From: a virus
IMG/VR virus record: IMGVR_UViG_3300045988_034103
DNA length: 32,868 nt
Reading direction: 5' to 3' (one strand)
Below are positions 17,981 through 24,537 of the stretch, in pieces. Under the pieces are notes generated by a model. That model ran no database searches. It was not told the DNA's origin and saw nothing but the letters and a program-made list of their open reading frames with translations. The number at the start of each line of letters is the position of its first letter. The first letter of the stretch is position 1. The translations under genes were made by a program, and so were the position numbers.

Positions 17981-18379
17981 ATGTCAGTACCGAAGTCACG
18001 ACGCGGAGAAAGCCCGGCGGAGTATATCAACCTCGCCCGCGAAATCTACGTTTTCACGTACAACCGCGTCAGAATCTTACCGAAAAGCTACACGTTCTAT
18101 TTCTCGCTGCCGCTTTACAATGCGGCGCGCGAGGCGTACCGGCTTATCAAGACGGCAAATCTGATTTACATTCACAACGACGCAGACAAGCAGAACCGCA
18201 AGGAATTGTACGAACGGGCGCAAGGCTATTACAATTCCATGCTGGACGTGCTTGACCTTGCGTATATGAATGTCAACCATGAAAAATTGCCGTCGAACGT
18301 CCTGAAAGAATGGGTCAAGCTGATAACCGACGAACTCGCACAAATATCAAAGATCAAGCGGAGCGACAAAGCGCGATAG
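17981..18379 (+). CDS. avd: DGR accessory variability determinant (Avd-like four-helix-bundle protein)
   Basis: RBS ggcaggagg. 132 aa, basic, predicted helical. Lies between the target gene and the TR, as in Bordetella phage BPP-1. Confidence 0.7.
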   Translation: MSVPKSRRGESPAEYINLAREIYVFTYNRVRILPKSYTFYFSLPLYNAAREAYRLIKTANLIYIHNDADKQNRKELYERAQGYYNSMLDVLDLAYMNVNHEKLPSNVLKEWVKLITDELAQISKIKRSDKAR

Positions 18380-18411
18380 CGCGCCGCCCTGCATGATTTG
18401 GGTTATATTCC

Positions 18412-18544
18412 GTACAGCCGTTAATTGGTGGCTCCGTTCCCCGAATGCCAGCAATTCCGCGAATTTCGTGAATGTGAATACTGACGGCACGGTCAACAAC
18501 AACAACGCGAACTACTCGAATGGCTTTGCCCCCGGATTTTGTAT
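18412..18544 (+). repeat. DGR template repeat (TR)
   Basis: Non-coding copy of the VRs. Read in the VR frame it gives TAVNWWLRSPNASNSANFVNVNTDGTVNNNNANYSNGFAPGF, with 12 AAY codons. I count 33 adenines. Confidence 0.92.
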
Positions 18545-18772
18545 GGACATAGGGCAGACCGATTAGCCGACAGGCAAAAAGCAGTCCATATACAAAAGGG
18601 GAATATAACCCCTCTGACGGCATCCGCCGCCGGACAAACATATACCACGATACGGAAAGCCGGACGCTACTTGCATGGACGTGGGGCGCGCGTTCCCTGC
18701 GTTTTCATGGCTACGCCGTTACGCATTTTAGACAGCGCGACAAGAAAGAAATGTACGAGGTATCATTTTCCC

Positions 18773-19921
18773 ATGAACAGCACAGAAAGGCACGAAGCGC
18801 GGTATCAGCGGCGCAAAGCCGCGCGCATAGAGAAGAAAGCAAAAGCGTTGAAAGAATTCGGGGATTTCGGCGCGGTGTTTTCTTTTGACCATCTTTACGC
18901 ATCATACCGCGCGTCTATCAAGGGCGTTGGGTGGAAAGCAAGCACACAGCGTTATAAATCGTCCGCCCTCGCCCACATCGCAAAGACGCAGGAAGAATTA
19001 CTGACCGGAAAATATCGGTCGCGTGGATTTTACGAATTTGATCTTGTAGAACGGGGCAAGCCGCGCCACATCCGAAGCGTTCACATTTCCGAACGTGTTG
19101 TGCAGCGCTGCTTATGCGATTACTGCCTCGTCCCTGCATTATCAAAGTCGTTTATCTACGACAATGGCGCAAGCCTGCCCGGAAAAGGCTATGACTTCGC
19201 CGTATCCCGCGTGACGCGGTTTCTTGCAGATCATTACCGCCGGTACGGAAACGAGGGCTATGCCCTGATTTTCGATTTCTCAAAGTATTTTGACACGGCG
19301 CATCACGAACCGATATTTGAACAATTCCGGCGCAGCGGAATCGACGGCAACCTCGTCCGCTTGTCGGAATATTTTATTTCAAACTTCGGGGACGTGGGGT
19401 TAGGGCTTGGCAGTCAGGTTTCACAGATTTCCGCGCTTGCCTTGCCGAACAAGATCGACCATTTCATAAAAGACGTTCTGCGCATGAAACGGTACGTCCG
19501 ATACATGGATGACGGTTGCATTATCGACCGGTCAAAGAAGCGGCTCGAAAACTGCCTGCATCATTTGCGGCGGCTCTGCGCCGCGCACGGTATCCGCCTG
19601 AACGAAAAGAAAACACAGATCATCAAATTGACGCGCGGATTCTCTTTTGTAAAAGTCCGTTTCCGATACGGAAGAACCGGCAAGATCGTCCGCAAAGCGA
19701 CGTATCAGGGAATTCGGCACATGATGCAGAAATTGAAGATTTTCCGAAGATGGGTAGACCGGGGCAGGATGGCAGCGGCGGACGTAGCAGCTTCCGTCAC
19801 ATCATGGCTCGGTCACATGAGAAGATTTCACTCCTACTTTGCCGTACAAAAGGTATTGCGGCAGTACAATCAACTGTTTCCGGGAGGTACGTATGGACTA
19901 CATCACTTACAAACGGTATAA
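18773..19921 (+). CDS. DGR reverse transcriptase
   Basis: YMDD at 19502-19513. LGLGSQVSQ fits the GxxxSQ signature of DGR RTs. Lies downstream of the TR. Alternative ATG at 18707. The track ORF from 18539 runs through the TR end. Confidence 0.9.
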   Translation: MNSTERHEARYQRRKAARIEKKAKALKEFGDFGAVFSFDHLYASYRASIKGVGWKASTQRYKSSALAHIAKTQEELLTGKYRSRGFYEFDLVERGKPRHIRSVHISERVVQRCLCDYCLVPALSKSFIYDNGASLPGKGYDFAVSRVTRFLADHYRRYGNEGYALIFDFSKYFDTAHHEPIFEQFRRSGIDGNLVRLSEYFISNFGDVGLGLGSQVSQISALALPNKIDHFIKDVLRMKRYVRYMDDGCIIDRSKKRLENCLHHLRRLCAAHGIRLNEKKTQIIKLTRGFSFVKVRFRYGRTGKIVRKATYQGIRHMMQKLKIFRRWVDRGRMAAADVAASVTSWLGHMRRFHSYFAVQKVLRQYNQLFPGGTYGLHHLQTV

Positions 19922-20273
19922 GGGCAGCGGAATCGGCGGCTATTTCAACCTTCGCCACGGAACAAAGGTAACGGAAAACGGCGGATTCCTTCACGCCCCG
20001 GACGGGCGCGGTATCTGCGCCGTGACCAGCGAGGACGGCTGGGAACATTTCAGACCAGACACGCCGGAGGGCGCATACCGGCAAAAGCTGCTTGACAAGC
20101 TGTACCGATTCTATATCAGCGGAAAGGGCGACGCGGCGGCGGATTTTACCGCCGAACGCTTCCCGGACGCTGATAATTATTACTGGAAAAACCTCTTGCG
20201 CACAATGCCCACGCCGAAGCTGACGGCGTTTTATTCTGCGCGGCTCGGACAGCCGCCGAAAATGGAGGGATAA
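19893..20273 (+). CDS. Hypothetical protein, overlaps the RT 3' end by 29 nt
   Basis: RBS gggagg 5 nt upstream of ATG 19893. 126 aa (MDYITYKRYKGSGIGGYFNL...). No family recognised. Confidence 0.6.
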   Translation: MDYITYKRYKGSGIGGYFNLRHGTKVTENGGFLHAPDGRGICAVTSEDGWEHFRPDTPEGAYRQKLLDKLYRFYISGKGDAAADFTAERFPDADNYYWKNLLRTMPTPKLTAFYSARLGQPPKMEG

Positions 20274-20276
20274 CGT

Positions 20277-20603
20277 ATGTATCAGATCAAACAGGACGGC
20301 GCGGTTATTGGCTATTCCGATACCGTCGTCTATATCCGCCTACATGAAAACGGGTGCTATGTCCCGTGTGAGCGGGAGAAAGCCGAGGGGTTTTGCGTCA
20401 AAGTCGCCATTGACAGCAAGGACGCGGACACGGGCGAAACCGTGACGCGCCTTGAAGATTTCGTTTACAAGTTTTCGGACAACGGCTTACTCGGCATTGA
20501 GCCGGTCGCCTCGGTGGAAAGCGTGAGCGGGGCTATCATGTTGGCAAAAGCGGAGACGTTGCAAGCGCAGCTTGCGGAGATTGAGAGGGCATACGATGAA
20601 TAG
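20277..20603 (+). CDS. Hypothetical protein (paralogous N-terminus with 20886-21107)
   Basis: RBS ggaggg. 108 aa. YQIKQDGAVIGYSDTVVYIRLHENGCYVPC compares with YTVELDGKIIARRDALIWVKLTEPGLYIVC. Confidence 0.6.
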   Translation: MYQIKQDGAVIGYSDTVVYIRLHENGCYVPCEREKAEGFCVKVAIDSKDADTGETVTRLEDFVYKFSDNGLLGIEPVASVESVSGAIMLAKAETLQAQLAEIERAYDE

Positions 20604-20895
20604 TGAAAAGATGAACGCCATCAAGGGAGCAATCCGGGATGGAAAGATGGTGCAAGCCGCCGGAGGCATCACCATTAGCGCCGAGCAGAGCGACAAGCTG
20701 GGCTTTGACTGGACGGTGTACAGCGTCAACGATGTCGTTGTGCGCAAGGACTACGTCGAGCAGGAAAATCCAGTCGGCACGAGCGCGGAGAATCCTATTG
20801 AATATGCAGAGGGCGTACCGCTGATTAACAACGCCTATTATCGAAAGGACGGAAAAATATACGTCTGGATGGGCGAGTGGGTAGCATGGGAATAA
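20596..20895 (+). CDS. Hypothetical protein
   Basis: 99 aa. Overlaps the upstream stop. Coding-like composition. No family recognised. Confidence 0.55.
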   Translation: MNSEKMNAIKGAIRDGKMVQAAGGITISAEQSDKLGFDWTVYSVNDVVVRKDYVEQENPVGTSAENPIEYAEGVPLINNAYYRKDGKIYVWMGEWVAWE

Positions 20896-21107
20896 AAGGA
20901 GCGGTCTACACGGTCGAACTCGACGGAAAAATCATAGCGCGGCGGGATGCGCTGATATGGGTAAAGCTGACCGAGCCGGGGCTTTACATCGTCTGCGGCG
21001 AAGCGGACGGCGAGGGCGTTCTGATTGACGGAACGATTTACCACGTGCGCGGTTGTCCCATTTTGCCGGGGAAAGAAACCGTGACGCTTGACTACATCGA
21101 ACAATAA
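20886..21107 (+). CDS. Hypothetical protein (paralog of 20277-20603 N-terminal domain)
   Basis: 73 aa from ATG 20886 (GTG 20877 is also possible). Confidence 0.55.
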   Translation: MGIKGAVYTVELDGKIIARRDALIWVKLTEPGLYIVCGEADGEGVLIDGTIYHVRGCPILPGKETVTLDYIEQ

Positions 21108-21120
21108 CGGAGGGTGCATT

Positions 21121-21503
21121 ATGAATTGGAGCGTGATTATCGGCATTTTTGGAACGCTTGCGGGGTTTGCGCTGTCATATCTTGCGTTTGCGAGGAACAG
21201 CAAAAAGACAGCGCCGACGCGGGCAAGGAGTCCGGGACGGTGCTGACCGAAATCGGCTATATCAAGGCAAACACGGATGACATTAAGCGCAAGCAGGAAA
21301 AACAGGACGAAACGCTTGTGAAGATGACAGAGCGTGTTGTGAAGCTGGAGGGCGACAGCGCCAGCACGAACAAGCGGCTTGAAATTCTGGAGTCCCACGA
21401 TTACGGGGCAGCAAATGACCAGAAAGCGCGCCCTACGGCGCATGAAGATCAAAGCGGCGTTAGCCGCAGCATGGGAGTTTGTAAAAGGCTATCTGTCATT
21501 TAG
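21121..21503 (+). CDS. Membrane-anchored coiled-coil protein of the lysis region, frameshifted at A5 21202-21206; 3' end uncertain
   Basis: RBS ggaggg. ATG 21121 gives the TM helix MNWSVIIGIFGTLAGFALSYLAFARNSKK. The adjacent frame continues DSADAGKESGTVLTEIGYIKANTDDIKRKQEKQDETLVKMTERVVKLEG. Confidence 0.5.
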
Positions 21504-21741
21504 CAAACTTCTCTGCTACGGAGTTTTGTTGATAGACTACAAAACGACATCAACGACGCTGGATTTATGCTATATCGCAGTCGCAAACAACTATACGGGC
21601 AGCTTGCCGTATTTGACTGCGCTGATAGCGTTATTGCAGGCGGCTACTGCTACGGTGCTATCTTTTGCCCTGAACAAAAGCAAGGCAGAAAACACGGCGG
21701 GCGGTATCGTGTACGAAACCACACTGAAACGGGACTGTTAA
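21415..21741 (+). CDS. Putative holin-like membrane protein (two hydrophobic helices)
   Basis: 108 aa. AALAAAWEFVKGYLSFSKLLCYGVLLI and LPYLTALIALLQAATATVLSFAL. Lies upstream of the holin and endolysin. Confidence 0.5.
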   Translation: MTRKRALRRMKIKAALAAAWEFVKGYLSFSKLLCYGVLLIDYKTTSTTLDLCYIAVANNYTGSLPYLTALIALLQAATATVLSFALNKSKAENTAGGIVYETTLKRDC

Positions 21742-21755
21742 AAGGAGGAAAACAC

Positions 21756-21965
21756 ATGAACGAAATCATTCTGAAACGAATCGGCGCGCTTTTGAGCGTC
21801 AAAAGCATTGTGACGCTTGCGCTGACGGCGGTATTCGCGTACTTAGCCGTTACGAAGCAGATCAGTCAAGAATTCATGGTCGTTTATACGGTCGTGATTG
21901 CGTTCTACTTCGGCACGCAGACGCAGAAGATCAGCGACGCAGTAGAAAGCAAGGGGGCGCAATAA
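21756..21965 (+). CDS. Holin (small, two TM segments)
   Basis: RBS aaaggagg. 69 aa. Two hydrophobic segments and a charged C-terminus. The stop overlaps the endolysin ATG. Confidence 0.7.
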   Translation: MNEIILKRIGALLSVKSIVTLALTAVFAYLAVTKQISQEFMVVYTVVIAFYFGTQTQKISDAVESKGAQ

Positions 21966-22762
21966 TGCCCCTGACAGTTGAACAGCGGCTTATCAGCCGC
22001 AATTTCCGGCGATGCACGGGGAAGCGGAAAATTGAATACATCGTGATTCATTATTTCGGTTCGCTCGGTACGGCGGCAGCAGTTGCAAACTATTTCAATA
22101 CGCCGGGTATTCAGGCATCCGCGCATTATTGCTTAGACGAAGGAAGCACGGTCTATCAGTGCGTCGAGGACAACAATATTGCTTGGCATTGCGGCACATC
22201 CGGCGCATACGTTCACCCGCGATGCAGGAATGAAAACAGTATCGGCATTGAAGTCCGACCGTATAAGCTGGACAAATCTACGGCGCGTTCCGCAGCGCCC
22301 GCAGATTGGTATTTCCCGCCGGAGATCGTGGACAACCTCGTTGTATTCACACAAATGCTGATGCAGAAATACAACGTCCCGCTTGAAAACGTCGTGCGGC
22401 ATTACGACGTTACGGGGAAATGGTGTCCGCGTCCGTGGATGGGCGACGATACGAATACCTATTACGGCACGTCCGGCAATGAACAATGGAAGAAATTCAA
22501 GGAACGGTTATCCGGGGAGGAATTGGACATGAACATTGAAGAAGCACGGAAACAGTTGACCTCTTGCGCCGACACGGGCGACACGCCCTCCGCATGGGCG
22601 CGCGACGCGGCGGAATTCTGCAAGCGAAAAGGCATTTTCAACGGCGACGGCGCAGGCAATTATGGATGGCAGCAGCCCATTACGCGCGAAGCCGTCGCAC
22701 AGATTCTTTACAACGCTTTTGAAAGCGCGGGTATGCTTGACGCTATCCCGGACAAAAAATAA
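21965..22762 (+). CDS. Endolysin, N-acetylmuramoyl-L-alanine amidase (Amidase_2/PGRP fold) with C-terminal binding region
   Basis: IEYIVIHYFGS...ASAHYCLD...NNIAWHCG...NSIGIEV...VVRHYDVTGKWCPRPW. Confidence 0.9.
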   Translation: MPLTVEQRLISRNFRRCTGKRKIEYIVIHYFGSLGTAAAVANYFNTPGIQASAHYCLDEGSTVYQCVEDNNIAWHCGTSGAYVHPRCRNENSIGIEVRPYKLDKSTARSAAPADWYFPPEIVDNLVVFTQMLMQKYNVPLENVVRHYDVTGKWCPRPWMGDDTNTYYGTSGNEQWKKFKERLSGEELDMNIEEARKQLTSCADTGDTPSAWARDAAEFCKRKGIFNGDGAGNYGWQQPITREAVAQILYNAFESAGMLDAIPDKK

Positions 22763-22765
22763 TTT

Positions 22766-22796
22766 GAGCGGGCGGGGTCTGATTCCCCGCCCGCTC
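22766..22796. terminator. Bidirectional rho-independent terminator between the endolysin and the convergent minus-strand gene
   Basis: GAGCGGGCGGGG (22766-77), loop tctgatt, CCCCGCCCGCTC (22785-96). T/A-rich flanks on both sides. Confidence 0.8.
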
Positions 22797-22808
22797 TTCT
22801 CGTTTTCG

Positions 22809-23357
22809 TTACGCCTGTTTGCGGAACTCGCAGTTGATTTTCATGCCGTAGTTGATCGAATGCCCCTCGTCATCCGTTCCACCGCCGTAGACTTCGGCGG
22901 AAGTCACGCCGACGAAATCGCCCCAACGCCGCACGAAAAACGGCACGTCATCTTTGCTGATATTGCCGACCTGATGACCTTCGGCGAATACGGAAAACGC
23001 CGGTTCGCCCTGATATTCCCCGCGTTCAATCGTAATGTCAACACCCTCGTCGCTGTTAAAGGGCGCGTCCCCGAAATGCAGCTTGCGCAGAAGCGTTTGA
23101 CGGCTTTTCCCGTCCTCGTTTTTGAACGTCACGCCGACAACCTTGAATTTCAACGTTTCCCGCGCTGCCCGCTCTGCGCGCCACGATTCCAGACGCGCCG
23201 CATCTTCTCGTTCTTTTGCTTCCCGGCGGGCGGCAGCAGCCGCAGCCGCGTCCCGTTTTAGCTTGTTTTTCTTCCAGACCCGATAAATCCATACACAAAT
23301 GCCGATGGGATAGAAGATCACAAGAAGAACGATTTGCCACGTTTTCAGTTTTTTCAT
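22809..23357 (-). CDS. Membrane-anchored HIRAN-like domain protein (moron; the only minus-strand gene)
   Basis: RBS aggaggg upstream on the minus strand. N-terminal TM (WQIVLLVIFYPIGICVWIY), Ala/Arg/Glu helix, then FKVVGVTF...GEPAFSVFAEGHQVGNISKDD resembling HIRAN. Confidence 0.6.
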   Translation of the reverse strand: MKKLKTWQIVLLVIFYPIGICVWIYRVWKKNKLKRDAAAAAAARREAKEREDAARLESWRAERAARETLKFKVVGVTFKNEDGKSRQTLLRKLHFGDAPFNSDEGVDITIERGEYQGEPAFSVFAEGHQVGNISKDDVPFFVRRWGDFVGVTSAEVYGGGTDDEGHSINYGMKINCEFRKQA

Positions 23358-23398
23358 GGTATGAGTAGCCCTCCTGATTTTTTTCCGGTCGTGCTGAC

Positions 23399-23434
23399 CT
23401 TTAACACAATTATCATTTCATCCGCGTGTTAAAG
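23399..23434. promoter_or_regulatory. Inverted repeat in the divergent intergenic region (candidate operator)
   Basis: CTTTAACAC (23399-23407) and GTGTTAAAG (23426-23434), a perfect 9-bp IR separated by 18 nt. Confidence 0.4.
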
Positions 23435-23481
23435 TCAAGAATAATGCAGATCATTAGCACAAGGAGGGCGGCGCGCATCGC

Positions 23482-23724
23482 ATGAAGATATATGACTACA
23501 ACGGAAAAAAGAATATCTGCGGCGAACGTATCCGGGAAGCACGGCTGAAACAGCGGCTATCACAATCCGACCTCGCGGCGCGCGTTCAGGTCGAGGGCGT
23601 GATAATGGAGCGCGATTCGATCAGCCGCGTTGAGATCGGGACGCGGTTTGTTCCTGACTATGAAATACCGATATTCGCAAAAGTCCTCGGCGTGTCTGTT
23701 TTGTGGATTTTGGGTATAGAGTAA
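23482..23724 (+). CDS. XRE-family HTH transcriptional regulator (Cro/CI-like)
   Basis: ICGERIREARLKQRLSQSDLAARVQVEG...ISRVEIG is a classic HTH_3 pattern. 80 aa. Confidence 0.85.
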   Translation: MKIYDYNGKKNICGERIREARLKQRLSQSDLAARVQVEGVIMERDSISRVEIGTRFVPDYEIPIFAKVLGVSVLWILGIE

Positions 23725-23755
23725 CCCCGGCGGGATTCTTCCCCGCCGGGGTTTT
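23725..23755 (+). terminator. Rho-independent terminator
   Basis: CCCCGGCGGG (23725-34), loop attcttc, CCCGCCGGGG (23742-51), then TTTT. Confidence 0.8.
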
Positions 23756-23759
23756 ATGA

Positions 23760-23824
23760 TACACAAAAAATGTGTAAATTATTTTCTGATAGCTATTGAC
23801 AAATACACATCAAATGTGTATAAT
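23760..23824 (+). promoter_or_regulatory. Consensus sigma-70-type promoter of hicAB with two TACACA-N5-TGTGTA operator palindromes
   Basis: TTGACA (23796-23801), 17-nt spacer, TATAAT (23819-23824). Palindromes at 23760-23776 and 23804-23820; the second lies in the spacer and overlaps the -10 box. Confidence 0.7.
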
Positions 23825-23847
23825 AGACAATGTAAGGAGGGTCGAAC

Positions 23848-24021
23848 GTGAAAACAAAAGATTTCATCGAACTATTAGAAAGAAACGGATGGAAATTCAA
23901 ACGGCACGGCTCAAATCACGACATATACACGAAAGGCGGTGAAAGGGAAAGCGTTCCGAGACACAGAGAAATCGACGAAGATTTAGCAAAGGCAATCATA
24001 AAACGGCGGGGGCTGAAATAA
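23848..24021 (+). CDS. hicA: HicA-family mRNA interferase toxin
   Basis: Not in the ORF track (57 aa, GTG start, RBS aaggagg). VKTKDFIELLERNGWKFKRHGSNHDIYTKGGERESVPRHREIDEDLAKAIIKRRGLK. Confidence 0.85.
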   Translation: MKTKDFIELLERNGWKFKRHGSNHDIYTKGGERESVPRHREIDEDLAKAIIKRRGLK

Positions 24022-24079
24022 GCCCCCTGCCGAACGCCTATAATTATATATGCTATGCGAATTTCAAGGAGGTTACAGT

Positions 24080-24478
24080 ATGAAAGCGGCGTATCCTATC
24101 GTTATGACAAAAGGGAAAGAACACATCATTGTGTATGTGCCGGATTTTAATATCAATACGGAGGGCGCGGACTACGCTGACGCTATGGAGATGGCACGCG
24201 ATGCAATCGGGCTTGTCGGAATCGACATGGAAGATGATAACGAGAAGCTGCCGAAGCCGTCCAGCATTGACGAGGCAAAAAGCGGAGCGGAAAACGGCAT
24301 TGTCACGCTTGTAGACGTTGACTTTACGGAGTATCGCAGGAAGAATGACATGAAAACTGTACGCCGCAACGTATCGCTTCCGTCGTGGCTGGACGTTGCC
24401 GCGAAAGAAGCAAATGTAAACGTATCGGCGGTATTGGCACGGGCGCTGAAACAGGAATTAAACCTCGCGGAAAGATAA
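24080..24478 (+). CDS. hicB: HicB-family antitoxin with C-terminal RHH-like DNA-binding tail
   Basis: RBS aaggagg. YPIVMTKGKEHIIVYVPDFNINTEGADYADAMEMARDAIGL...LPKPSS... then RRNVSLPSWLDVAAKEANVNVSAVLARAL. Confidence 0.85.
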   Translation: MKAAYPIVMTKGKEHIIVYVPDFNINTEGADYADAMEMARDAIGLVGIDMEDDNEKLPKPSSIDEAKSGAENGIVTLVDVDFTEYRRKNDMKTVRRNVSLPSWLDVAAKEANVNVSAVLARALKQELNLAER

Positions 24479-24492
24479 ACAATAAAGCAGCA

Positions 24493-24516
24493 AGGGGCGG
24501 GAAACCGCCCCTTTTT
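24493..24516 (+). terminator. Rho-independent terminator after hicB
   Basis: AGGGGCGG-GAAA-CCGCCCCT followed by TTTTT. Confidence 0.75.
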
Positions 24517-24537
24517 GCTATGTATGGAGGGCATGAC

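Noticed and set aside
18539-18772. Upstream extensions suggested by the ORF track: RT from 18539, Avd from 17915, fibre from 15867, protease from 5260, transposase from 24385, radical SAM from 30691
   Set aside because: The extensions run through upstream genes, the TR/VR or terminators and lack RBSs. Internal ATGs with AGGAGG-type RBSs coincide with the start of family-like sequence.
18773-19921. RT as a group II intron, retron or Abi-type RT
   Set aside because: Adenine-specific TR/VR pairs, an Avd-like gene and the GxxxSQ motif point to a DGR. No intron RNA domains, maturase or endonuclease domains, or msr/msd-like repeats were seen.
22662-23261. 199-aa + strand ORF overlapping the minus-strand HIRAN-like gene
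   Set aside because: It starts inside the endolysin gene, crosses the terminator and has no RBS or domain signature. The minus-strand ORF has an RBS, a TM helix and a coherent domain.
24496-24508. Shared 13-mer GGCGGGAAACCGC at 24496 (hicB terminator) and near 32518 (upstream of rep)
   Set aside because: Both are GC stems closed by a GAAA loop. So short a match is likely a coincidence of terminator-like hairpins, not a repeat element.
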